Below are positions 49,821 through 62,100 of a stretch of 64,000 nucleotides of DNA, piece after piece. The notes under the pieces were generated by a model that did no database searches, had not been told where the DNA came from, and was given only the letters and a program-made list of their open reading frames with translations. The DNA is from Lobosporangium transversale (taxonomy: Eukaryota): positions 372,001-436,000 of the forward strand of contig NW_019028982.1 of NCBI RefSeq assembly GCF_002105155.1. Direction: 5' to 3'. Numbering within the stretch: position 1 is the stretch's first letter; each line of letters starts with the position of its first letter. The translations under genes were made by a program, and so were the position numbers.

Positions 49821-51108
49821 TTGTAATAGTCATAGTAACGGCTTGTAATAAAAAGAAACCTAAAGTCCCGTACACATGCTTAAACAATCTCTTGATACAC
49901 CCATCTTGATTCTCCTTTATACTTACAGCTTGTCTCCCCTCAACCAACATCTCTTTCGCCTTTCATTTTTGAGCTCTTTTCACTCATTGTTCGCATTAAA
50001 ATACATTTATAAACAAAGACATTCCCCTGAATAAACAGGCCACGGCTGAAGCTCTGTTAAAACTCAAGATATAGCGGAAAGAGTAACCATATCATCAATT
50101 ACAGCCTCATTCGCAGGATTTTTAATTAAATCCAGGTTGGAAGAGGAAATCCATTAGTCGACTATAGCTTTGAGTTTCATATCCCCCCTACCAAGGTTCA
50201 TTACACCACAAGATGATTCTACATATCATTTGAAGGGTATATGGGCTAAGATTTGGTTTCGATGGGATCTATAGCTTGGAAATGATTCTGTCACAAGCTA
50301 TTGATTCTAATTATGCCACGTGGTGGCGGACGGTCAACGCTGCCCGAGCCAAGTGAGTCTGCCTCTCATTCCAAAATAGCCTATTGCTCCGAGAAATGTC
50401 CTGATTCTACTTGTATCACATTGATCTTGTAGGGTGTGGTCTGTGCATGGAAACAAACCTCGGATTCGTTTTTAGATACAGCACAACATGTCTTTATTTC
50501 CTTATTTTCCAGCAAGTCCGCACCTGACTTATATCACAGCTATCATTAATTTTTATATTTTGTATTGATGGGCGTGCTAGTTATTACGTTTTTGAGAAGT
50601 TATTGCAAGAGTCAGGCTAAAGACAAGCAAGCAGCTGGCGTGGAAATTACGAAGGCCTGGGCTTACTTCATAGGTTCATTTGCTCATAAAAGCTGGCTGA
50701 CATTTTTCTGTGGATCTACCTTGAAAGTTTGAAGACACAGTTGTGAATTCCAGATTGATTTTTCTTTACAACTTTAATTACCCCAAAGGTAGTGCCATGG
50801 TTTGCATGCCAGGACAATAGTAGAAACAAGATTAGACCTAAACAAATTAGGATAGGCCAGCCTGAAAGAATGCAGGAACAAGTTGGCGCCTTAGGCGTAT
50901 TTAAGCAGATTGAAGGCTAGTATAATGACCACAAAAGCCGTTGATCAAAGTATTTTTCTGAATTTGGAAAATGGAGGATAAGGGGCTGAGCAAGCACAAA
51001 AAAAGAAAAGACCTCACAATCTAATTTCTCCATTTACTTTCAATCTTTAATCTGTCCAAAAAAGCTCATTGAAACTGCTTTCATTGAATTTCATATTCTG
51101 TTTTCCCC

Positions 51109-54100
51109 ATGGCGGCGGTCTCAGGAGCACCATTTGCATTCAATCCTGACCAAGGTACCATTAGGTGTGAGGAAGAATGAGTTTGAGATGATGTGACCCA
51201 TGGGATTCAATGAGGAATGAAAATATGAGTTAAATAAATATTTTTCAAAGAAAGCTGGAATTTACGGGTGTTCGAACCGAGCACCGTGGTTTGTTTATGA
51301 GATTGAAGTTTTTTGTATTATAGAGTATTTAATCCGCGAGCGTCGCCTGCCATTCTAGACACTAAAAAAAACCATCACTGACTATCAGTTCATGTTCTTC
51401 ACCTTTTCCAGATGTTACGCCTAACGCAACGCCTCTCCCACAACCAACTCAAGTCGATGGTCGTAGCACGCGAACAGGATACATCTATGATCCACGAATG
51501 AGGTACTTTATTTGACGCATTCAAGCAACAGTAATAGTAATAATAATGATAATAAATAATGTTTTATCTTACAATCCATTTTAATCTTTTTACTTCTATA
51601 TAAAAAATATAAGACTTCACAACAATGTACATGGGGACGATGGTCACCCTGAAGATCCGAGACGTATTTGGAAGATATTTGATGCAATTCAGGCTGCAGG
51701 ATGCACGAAACGCATGGTTCGTATTCGTTCACGCGAGGCCACAGTCGAAGAGCTCAGTCTGATACATACTGAAGACCATATTAGCCGTATAGCAGGGACC
51801 TCTGGTATGATAAAGAAGAATAACAAATAGTTTTTGAAGAAGAAAAAAAGAAATTGCCGTAGTATAGGGCTATCGATTATCAGATCAAGCCTCAAAGATG
51901 CACAAAGTTTCTTATTGCATCATGCCTCTTTCTTTTTTTTTTATATATCAATAATAGAAATGTCATTAAGCGATCTGTTTGCAGTGGCGGAGAGTTACAA
52001 TAGTATCTATCTCAACAACTCGTCTTCATATTGCGCTCGATTATCATGTGGAAGTTTGCTAGAATTGTGCAATGCTGTTGCAACTGGCCAAATTCTGAAT
52101 GGTGTGGCGATTATACGACCTCCGGGGCATCATGCAGAGCCTGATGAGGCAGGGGGGTTTTGTCTATATAATAACGTGGCCATCGCAGCGCGCTATCTCC
52201 AAAAGAATCACGGATTGAAAAAGATTTTTATTCTTGACTGGTATGTATGTATGTATTTTTTTTTTTTTTTTTTCAATCGGCACTGATTTTTTTTTTTTTT
52301 TTTTTTTTTGCCACTGGACTCAGGGACGTTCATCATGGAAATGGAACTCAAAAGGCATTTATCGATGATCCAAATGTCGTATATTGCTCTATTCATCGGT
52401 ACGATAAAGGAACCTTTTTCCCTGGAGACCCGGTTGCAGCGGCCTACACAACGGTAGGAGAAGGCGCAGGACGGGGAAAGTAAGTGGAAGAGAAAAAAAA
52501 AAAGTAAATAACTATTGGTGTCCCAAGTTCAAAACAAACCGTCGTTAATTTATCCGCTTTGCTTTAAAATCACTTCACCAGGAACATCAATATTCCTTGG
52601 CCATGCCCCGGAATGGGCGATTCTGAATATATTTACGCATTCCACAAGATCATCATGCCGATTGTCTATGAGTTTGTACCTGATTTTGTTCTTGTGAGTG
52701 CAGGATTTGATGCGGCCAAAGGTGAGATTACAACTATACTTTGCACACATATACATATATACTTAAGGACTTTCAATATAGTAGTGTTTTGGCTTGCTCA
52801 TATTTTTTGTTCTGCATGGATCATGGCTACATAATTTAAGGTGACCCGATCGGAGAAAATTTGGTAACGCCTGCAGCCTATGGCCACATGACACACATGC
52901 TCAAGTCTTTAGCAGGAGGAAAGATTGTACTAGCATTAGAAGGAGGCTACAATCTTAATTCGATTGCGGTATCAGGACTGGCATGTACAAAGGCATTGCT
53001 CAGCGACCCTATTGAGGCACTACAGCCAGTTATTCCCAACGCAGCGTGTGTACAAACTATTCATCAAGTGATTGAAATCCAGTCTCAATATTGGAAAAGC
53101 CTTACGCCTACGTATAGCAAGCCAAGTGGTAAAATCGCTTTGAATAATATAGTTAAGTCCCTTAGCTATAATGATTTATTGTACTTATTGTTTTGCTTTG
53201 TTTTAATGGGTAGAGGAGTATCACCGAGACAGTATCGTACCATTGGCCAAAGTTCTTAATGTATACAGAACCGAATTTTTATATGAAAGGCATCGGATGA
53301 TTAAATTACCCCTTTCAAACCCAAATTATGAGGCCGAGTTTATGGATAGTGTGCACAGCACGTAAGGCCTATTGACCCTCTTTGTCTCTTTGTTGTAGAA
53401 CTGTAGAAAATTAAATATATAACTGACAAAGCAATTTTTACTTTCGTACACAACTATCTAGGCCTGACATGTGCTTCACAGACAAACCACTCTATATATT
53501 TGTTCATGGCCTGTAAGTCCCTTGCACACACATATACTCATCGAAGTTGTTCATACTCAAGGACTTGGGCATTCATTTTTTTCTTTTTTTCTTTTTCTTC
53601 AAGTGGCCATTTCCAGACACGAGCTTTAGGAAATAGCAACAATCTTCGGATTGACAAATGTGCATTAATAGATACAGTCGCGCAGTATGTGGACGGGATC
53701 ATAGGCTCTGATAATGAGCTAATTGATATCATGATCCCACATTCACCGGCCACGGATGATGATAAAGAGCTGCTCAAGGAAAGAGTGGCAGCTTTATTGG
53801 CAGACATTTGGGACAACTATGTGTCACCGACAGGATTGAAGCGCAGAATTGTGTTATTAGCTGTTGGTGGAACCATATGTCAGAGTATGGTTGCTTTTAT
53901 GAATGAACGACAAAAGGAAGTGGCCCTGTTTGTATCATGTATTGTTCTGATCCCTGGAGAAGACGAAACGATTCCTTTGGTAACGAAACGGCTGTCGAAG
54001 TGGTACATGGAGCATTCATTTGTAGTTGTTGCCGACGATCATCCAATCTGGGAGCGGATACATGAACCCATAACTGCAAGAGTTGGAAATGTTGTCCGAT

Positions 54101-54301
54101 CAGGTAATGAAAACAACCAGTATTCATTTTCCTTTATTCACGTTGCATTCTTATTTTACTCATTTTACTCATTTTGCTTTGGTAATTCTAGGGAAACCGA
54201 TGAGCCCGCTCTCAGATCAATTGCTTTATTTGTACCCCATAACATTCGTCCAGATCGAAGACAAGCTTAAATCGCTACCACCACTCCCATCCTTGCAATA
54301 A
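51109..54301 (+). CDS. HDA1: Class II histone deacetylase Hda1/Clr3 type with C-terminal Arb2-like region, multi-exon
   Basis: [70 protein letters not shown]. Confidence 0.92.
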
Positions 54302-54548
54302 AAGAAAGCATTAGAGTATCTTTTGCAATTACTACCCGATAAAGTATTAAGCATAAACTGTGGAGAAGGGGGATTACTTTTGATAATCTGAGCCCAGTGC
54401 TCTCATATCAACGGATAAAATAGACTGTGGCGAATGCTGTCACACATAATAATAGATCCGTTGCCTACTTTTTTTTTTTTTTTTTTTTTATCTCCCCCCT
54501 CTCTTACTTCTCTTACTCCATTATCAATCCCCAGACTATAGCGGCAAT

Positions 54549-56249
54549 ATGAACCTATCACCCCTCGACATTCCTCACATTCGAGACAACATCGCCCAAT
54601 ATTTATCGCAACTAGACTTGAGGCAATGTATCAGGGTCAGCAAAGAATGGAGTCGTCATTTTAGCTCCTTCTTCTGGAGCGAGCCTTTCAGAGGGCTTTC
54701 AACTGAGTCCGAGCTCGACCAGTTACAAAGCCATCAAGAACATGTCCGTATACTTTCAGGGCTTGTCGTCAAAACTGTCATGCTCGATGACATTTCCTCG
54801 TCTCCTCGTCATTGGCATTTTCCCAAGCTCAAATCTCTGGCCTACTGGGTGGACGAATTTTCAAATGATGAACTGGTTAGAGCCTTTCAATGGTCCTCTA
54901 AGCTAACAAGCGTCAGCAGAGTAGCATTGTATGATTTACAGGGGGATAACGATGAGTTGCAAGATCAATTGACAAATACCCTTTCCACTTCGTTGCCCAA
55001 CCTGCGTGAGTTTGTGCTCTCAGGAAGCGACTATTCTGTACAAGGCATTCAGCGAATCTTTAAAGCGGTTTCGAGGTGCGAGCACGTGAGTATGGATGTT
55101 TTTTCGGGAAAGGTTGAGGAAGTACGAAACCAAGTATGGACTCCAGAGGCAATGGCCGCTAGGAAAGCATTAGATGAAATGGAACCAACAAACATCGAAG
55201 TACTCTTTGTATCTTTTCGACCAAGTTTTGAGCTTACGGTTCTGATCCCTTTACTGAGGAAATGCCCAAAGCTACGGGAGCTGAGGATCCAAAAGCTGAC
55301 CGATTCAAGTACCTTGACAGATTTCAGCACTTTGGTCAAGTCAAGGGCGCTTCCTCAGCTCAAACGGCTACACTTGCAGCCGTGGATAGGAGCGGAGAGT
55401 GGACAGTTTACGGAGCTTATCAAAGCCTCAGGGCATGGGCATGGTTCTCTTGATCAATATCATGGTCCTAAGGAGGGTAGTAGTGGCAGCTATAATGGAG
55501 GTCTAGAATCTTTGGTTGTGTCAGCATTCGTGCCCCTGGAGAAACAATGTATATGGGCTATCATCAACCATCATTCCTTAACGCTCATCAATTTTTCGAA
55601 TTTCCAAAAATGTTCGATCAAGACGCTTTCCCAACTTGCCAATGGTCTTCCTCACCTTAGGTCCTTAGACATAGCTATTGAGATCAACGGCTCAGACGTG
55701 GACGGCGAAAATGAACACGCTGGAGCTGACCGGGACCCCTTAAATGACTCAAGCTTAAAGGTAGAGGGCTTGGGAATGAGGCAGTGGACTTGTCTTGGAT
55801 TACGAGAACTCGGGCTGGAACTTCGTGCGACAGGCTTTGATGACCATGATGACGACGAAGGAGGCGAGGGAGGCGAAGAAAGGATCAACATTAGTAGAGA
55901 AGGCGCTTGGTGGGAAAAGCCAAAGATAAAAGAGGATCTCAACGAGATGTTTACGCAGCTTGGAAGGCTTGAACAACTACAGGAACTGTTTATTCAAGCC
56001 CACGACAACATTAATGTGGATATTCTCGCATTAAAACATGGATATCTAAGCCGGTTATGCATGCTGAAGCAGTTGAGAGGACTGTGCTATGAGCCGGATG
56101 GACACCGAATTGAATGGGGCCAAGAGGAGGCCCAGTGGATGGTAGAGCATTGGACTAAGCTGGTCTGTATAGAGATGGAGGACCAAGAGGGGGGTTTGTT
56201 CCAGATGGAAATGCTCACTCTGCGACCTTGGATAACGATCTTGATATAA
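54549..56249 (+). CDS. Intronless F-box / RNI-like LRR protein, 566 aa
   Basis: SPLDIPHIRDNIAQYLSQLDLRQCIRVSKEW; CPKLRELRI; WTCLGLREL; QLGRLEQLQEL; WGQEEAQWMVEHWTKL. Confidence 0.88.
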   Translation: MNLSPLDIPHIRDNIAQYLSQLDLRQCIRVSKEWSRHFSSFFWSEPFRGLSTESELDQLQSHQEHVRILSGLVVKTVMLDDISSSPRHWHFPKLKSLAYWVDEFSNDELVRAFQWSSKLTSVSRVALYDLQGDNDELQDQLTNTLSTSLPNLREFVLSGSDYSVQGIQRIFKAVSRCEHVSMDVFSGKVEEVRNQVWTPEAMAARKALDEMEPTNIEVLFVSFRPSFELTVLIPLLRKCPKLRELRIQKLTDSSTLTDFSTLVKSRALPQLKRLHLQPWIGAESGQFTELIKASGHGHGSLDQYHGPKEGSSGSYNGGLESLVVSAFVPLEKQCIWAIINHHSLTLINFSNFQKCSIKTLSQLANGLPHLRSLDIAIEINGSDVDGENEHAGADRDPLNDSSLKVEGLGMRQWTCLGLRELGLELRATGFDDHDDDEGGEGGEERINISREGAWWEKPKIKEDLNEMFTQLGRLEQLQELFIQAHDNINVDILALKHGYLSRLCMLKQLRGLCYEPDGHRIEWGQEEAQWMVEHWTKLVCIEMEDQEGGLFQMEMLTLRPWITILI

Positions 56250-56395
56250 TGTGGCATAGTACAAATAAAATTCTTAATTTCATGTGATCATGATATTAAT
56301 AACGAGACGACAAGACGAGTGCCTTCAGTTTTTATTTTGTTTCTTTTTCTTTTTCTTTTTTAGGGAAGAAAACAATGAAGGTTGATCAAAGCTTA

Positions 56396-56788
56396 TTATT
56401 CCTGCCCTTGAGCTCGGAGCTCTCCCCTGAGGTCTATTAGAGCCGCTTGTAATTCTGCTTTTGTCCTCAGGTTGAGTTGAAGGAGGAATCTCAATTCTGC
56501 CAGCAGCCCCAGCGCATGATCTAGCTCTTGCTGTCGTTCGGCCGTGTTTGGGTACTCTCCTCCGCCAGGCGCGCCTGGTATCCCTCCAGACGCTTGCTCT
56601 TGGCCCATCACATCGTCCCAGATCTCAATCAGGCGCTCGATATGCTTTATCTGGTCGTTGCAGGCGTCCATCAAGCGAGTGGTGCGGACCAAATCCTCAG
56701 AGATGTCCGCCCTTTGAAAAGCAACAGTTTCAGGCATATTTGTTATCAGCGTTATGGGCCCGATGCCGATGTGTAGGCGTGCAGGCAA
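56396..56788 (-). CDS. Small helical protein of unknown function, 130 aa (paralog A)
   Basis: ATG ORF, upstream TATAAAAG, clear similarity to 57560-57877. Confidence 0.7.
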   Translation of the reverse strand: MPARLHIGIGPITLITNMPETVAFQRADISEDLVRTTRLMDACNDQIKHIERLIEIWDDVMGQEQASGGIPGAPGGGEYPNTAERQQELDHALGLLAELRFLLQLNLRTKAELQAALIDLRGELRAQGQE

Positions 56789-57559
56789 TGTATAGATGAA
56801 TGCTAAGGTTGCTCGAGCCGAGGAGGGGAAAAGCAGTTGGTGACAAATTCAAGGCCTAGAGAGAGAAAAAGAAAAAAAAAAAGGGAAGATACCAAACATT
56901 CCGACTTTTATAGAAAAGTTTAGAGTGTAGAGAAAAACCCAATTCCTCAATTTCCTTTAATTTTCGCGTTATTGCGTTCCCTGTGCCTCGAGTGACAATC
57001 TTGTAATCATCTCTATATCAAGGATCTATTACAAGGCTGGCGGAACTAAATATCAGCCTTTTTTTTGCCCTACCATATTCTATTACTGATGGTGGTTATT
57101 TACCATACCTCTTTCTTCCCCACTTCCTATACTATAGCCTTGTCAATGGTCGCCAGCCTGCATCACCGTTTATTTCAGCCTTTTTTCTTTTTATTTATTT
57201 TATTTTTTTCTAGATATATGCAGCCCGCCCTTTCTTTCAACTGGTTCGCCGCAGTACATTAACGTTACAGCAAACTTTCAGCGTAATTGTAATTCACTCT
57301 ATATAGGAGGAGCATCGTAGGTTTTCAAAGGATCGTTGCTTAGAGAAGCAGAAAAATAATGAAGCCAGGGCCGAAACACGGTAAAAATCCATATGGACGC
57401 ATAGCATCCTGCCTTACAGCATACATGTATATGAAATAATAGCGATTTTATTTTATTTTTTAGCTGTATTAATATATAGCGATGTACTCAATAGCTTTCG
57501 TGGCTGGTTCTTCACTTTTATTTATAATTTTGTGGGGTGAGTAAGATTGGTCATTCTTG

Positions 57560-57877
57560 CTAGTCTTGGTGGTTATTCTCAAGCAAGAGATCTTCCATAG
57601 TAGCCAGGAGGTCCGACTTGATCCTTAATTGAATGCGTAGGCGAGATCGCAGGTCTTCGAGTGCTGTCAGCGATTCCTGTCGATCGAATGAATTCGGGTC
57701 TGCTGTTGGATCCAGCAAGTCATCCCACATCTCGATCCAGCGCCTGAGTCCTTTGATCTGCTCGTCACACTCGTTAATAAGGCTTGAGATGCGAGCCAGC
57801 CTACTGAAGAAGTTGTCTTGGATAGGCTCAGCCTCAAGCTCAGGCCCAGGCTCGGACTCGGGGACAGGCACAGGCAT
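57560..57877 (-). CDS. Small helical protein of unknown function, 105 aa (paralog B)
   Basis: ATG ORF; shares CxxQIKxxxRxIExWDD and LRxxLxxxLRxKxxL with paralog A. Confidence 0.7.
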   Translation of the reverse strand: MPVPVPESEPGPELEAEPIQDNFFSRLARISSLINECDEQIKGLRRWIEMWDDLLDPTADPNSFDRQESLTALEDLRSRLRIQLRIKSDLLATMEDLLLENNHQD

Positions 57878-59141
57878 TTACTTTACTTTCTCCAGGGCTT
57901 CGAGGATCAAGGGAAGAATGTACGGGTATGAGAGCGATGATGAAGAAAAAAAAAAAAAATGGAAAGGTTCAAGCGGTCGCAGTAATAAGTGTGTAGCCCA
58001 AGGCACGCTCAAATAGGAGAATGAGCATTGCGGCTTTTGCTATTTAATGAAAGCCGTAAGATTTCCCTTTCCCCCCATCTTTGCTTACTTGGCCCTGTGG
58101 TGGCCGTATTGGTTCTCCCTAGGGTAGGGAAAACACAACGCCGGGTCAAATTCTGATCTTTTTTCTTCGTGGCTTTTTCTTAAAGTATTTGGAGCTGTGA
58201 GATTATCTACAGCCTCACTGCTTCTGATTGTAGAGTATCGCCACCATAAGGAAGGGCTCTTTTGTTATTACCACTGTTGCTGCTATAGTTCTTTATCTAT
58301 CCTTCAAAATGTGCATTCATGTCAATAAGCCTTTTTTTTTTTTTTTTTTTTTTCATTCCTCTCCCTTTTTGCCAAGGCCATATCCACAGTTACCACTGAT
58401 TAGCCTTTATAATTTTATTCGATTATCTACTTTGAGCATAGACCTTCCCTCGCTTAAGAAAATGAGGTAAAAAAACCTAAAAAAGCATCGGCTTCCTCCG
58501 GTCTTTACTTCCTTTATGTTAGGGCGGCATAAGAGCTAAAGCAGCTGTATTCCTTCTTAGAGAGTGGACTTAAAGATCGAAAATGAGACTTCCTTGGCGT
58601 GGCTAGCAATCTAAGGACTATATTGAGGCGTATGGAGCTCAGCTGGCTATTAGTGCAATATAGAGCTTGGGCCAAAGACAGTGGATGGAGCTGGGGCGAA
58701 TGCAACCAGCTCGTGAGGTCTGGTTGGTCATTTTACGTCTGTTATCTTCAGAACTCAAGGAATTGCCTAAGTTTTCTGCGTGTATCGTATTGGGGGATGA
58801 TGCGTGAGGAAGGCTGCGCCTCCTACGGAGCCTAGAGTTGCCTTGCCATCTGGTACAGGTGAATAATGCATTACCCGTAGTCTCAACACGTCACAGGTGA
58901 TGATATACGGCTCATTGATGTTGCAGGTACACTTGGGTAAAACTGTAGTACATTCCAAAGAGAGAGGAATACAAGGTTGCCACTAGGCCGGGACTGCTTC
59001 TTGGTGAATGCTTGTGGGAAATGTGCCTATTTAGCACTTGAAGGCGCATAGGTGTGTCATGTACATGGCACTATTGATCAGATTTAGAGGCTAGCTGTAC
59101 AATAAAAACGATTTTCTGTTTTTAGAAAGGATAAGGCTTTA

Positions 59142-62100
59142 TTATTGTTCGTACTCTCCTAACCAATATGGCCTCAGCGGTCGCTCAAGACTGTTGCTTA
59201 ATAGTGCTTCCACCCAGGCTTCTGCCATATCTTCAGAATCTGTGCGGAAATCTAGTCTCACCAAACGCTTCTTAGTGTTGCTGGCAGCTGCATGAGCCAC
59301 TGCATCCCTATATTTCTCTCCTGACCCTTTCGCTAACATTTGGAGACAGAAACAATGTTTATCTATGGAGTCCTGCTCGCTATCTATACTCCCATCACCC
59401 TCACCGCAATCTTCATTGTCATCGTCCTCTGCTTGGCTGTACCCTTCCTCGTTACAATCATCGACCAGGTTCGCATTAAGGGAGCTTTGTTCATTAACAG
59501 GTCTCTTCCGGCCCCAGGGTAGTTGGTCTTTTTTACCAGTGTTCACCTTGACCACTCCTGAATTCGTCACGATAGAGCACATGTCATTCAAGTTCAAGCA
59601 ACGGATCCTATCTATTTTCGACATTGGCTGCGGCAATGTTGGATCTTGGGGCAAGGTCGAAGATTGAGAAGAATGTAAAGGCAATAGTGGATCCCGACAC
59701 TGCCAGAGCCTAGGTCCAATGATCTGGAACCACCCATCTCTCCAGCATCCTTGCTCCGTCCTATAATGCAACCTCCCTTGAAACAACAGGCGGTTACACC
59801 ACTCAAAGTACCGTAGACCCATCTGACATTCGACTAAATTTTGAGGTTCTGTCGGGATATGGTCTTCATCTTCATAAATAGCATCCTCGGGGTCCATCTC
59901 AGGACCAGGAATGAAGCATACGGATGCCAATATCTTTGCGATGATGCCTGAATCTCCACCCTCTGCAGCGTTGCCATTGTTTTTGTCCTTATTGTTGCAG
60001 TTCTCAACATTCAAATACGTGGCAGTGTAATCATCAGGGAGAGAAGAGGGATAGGAGTCATAGTCCGTCAAATCAACCCAGTCATTGACAGTTTGGAACT
60101 CCACACTGATAATTTGATTCCTACATGACGATCGGATCATATTGAAATCAATAGAGGATCGCGAGATACAGAGTTCATCTTCAAAATATATATAACGTGA
60201 CAGGATTTGAAGGGGCGTCTCCTGTGCGTAGAGCTCTTTGATGGTCAATTCCCTGCAGTTAGCTGGATCACTTTCCCGAGGTAGAGGGGGGAGAGGAGGC
60301 GAAGACAGTGGAAGAGGTGGGAGAGGGGGCGAAGAGCCAAGCGGAGGATCCCTCACAACACAGCCCTGATTATTTCCAAGCTGAGGATGGAGGGGCCTTA
60401 CACATTCGATTTCACTGATCACCATCATTGGACTCGTTTGTTGAAACAGCCTCTTTCGATGATGTCGGTACTGGCCCAGATAGTCCTGAGGATGCTTTAG
60501 GCTATTGGGTATACTCATTATTCCTCTCTTCCACCGCCCCAATATGCTCCGGTTTTCTTCAGCTCTCTCTTTCCCTCTTCCTCCACTGGAGGTTATGGAG
60601 ATTGATATTGATGCTGGTGCTGATGGCGATGGAGATGTATGGATAGGTGTCGATGGAGATGTATGGATGGGTGTCGATGCTGCAGACCAGGTAGATGGAG
60701 ATTGTATATCCAACTGCAGTGATGACACTGAACCGCAGGATGGGCTTGCAGCAGACATGGTATCCGACGCTGAAAGGTACTGTAAATCAGACAAGTCGCT
60801 GGTGCTGCTGTTGCTGCTGCTGCTACCTGATACGCGCTCTCTTAGATGTCTTTTTAGAAGTGAGTTATAATATGGTGCTTTCCCCTTTCCTGTGAGCACA
60901 GTTGTTTTAGGAGATATGTCGGTATCCAAGCTAGGTTGTGAGGAACCCATGGCACCATGGAAGCATGGCAATACTGGTGGGCATTGAGGGCCGGTAGAGG
61001 GCTCTACCGCAAAGGGGGTAAAACGGGGTTGCAGATGGGGCGCTTGCATCAAATGCGTTGTCAATGTAATGTTTAAGCCTTCATAAACCGGCCTAGAAAC
61101 AATATAGGGTACAAATGAGTTAAATGATAATGCTGATAGTGTATATAGTGAATCATCGGCGCGGAAACATCATAAGGGGTTAAATGTTGTGGCTAAGGCA
61201 GTCAAAAGTTGACTTACAGACAAAACTCTTGGTTAAATAGAATGCTATCGCTCTTCCAGGGCATATAATCTGTGTCGATCTTCTCACGCCCAGTATCGAT
61301 GCGGACAGAGAGCATGGTATCCTCATCTGGAGCCTCCAGCACAATATCTTCAATTCTTTTAACTATTTTACAAAGTGAGAAGGGATCATCAGTCAATTAA
61401 ATGAGTATAAGCTAGGTGAAGAGGGATGCAAAAGATATCATACTTCGAAGATATAGTATCCCTGTGTTGGTGGCTGAAGGCGAAGTACAGCTGGAAAGGG
61501 TCATTCGTTCGGGCTCGAGATTAGAAGCATACGTCCAGACACTGCTGCTGGATGGCCGCGTTGGAGTAGGGCCCGACGAAGGGTGGGTGGCGCCTGCTTC
61601 AGGTATCCTGCTTTCGTGTGTACCTAAATCCTGAACTACCTTTGGTTGTCGGACTGTGAAGCTCTGCTCCTTATAAACAATCACAATAAAAAGTAATGGT
61701 AACGGTAAGACATTATTTCTTTGGTACTCATACTAGGATTACGCTGTCATATTTTTTTTCCCAACCTTCCGTTCATCGAAAGTCCCATGGACAGCTGCCA
61801 AAGTTGACTCCATAAAAGGAAGTTGGTCCGAAGATCTCTGTGCATCATCGCCAGAGCTTCCCCTAGTATGCTGATACAGTAGCGCAGAAGGGCTCGTATG
61901 GGCGCGCTCATGCACACGCTCGGCTTCCTCTTCCAAACTTACAGCTTTCCTGGCCTCCAGTCCAAGGTGTGGCGTACTTTCATATATATCTCCTATCAAA
62001 AGCTGTTTCTTGGGCTTCGAAAAAAATATATAATAAATTAATAAATCAGTATCTCTACTTCCAATCAAGCGATATATATGCTGCAAGTATACACTTGGGA

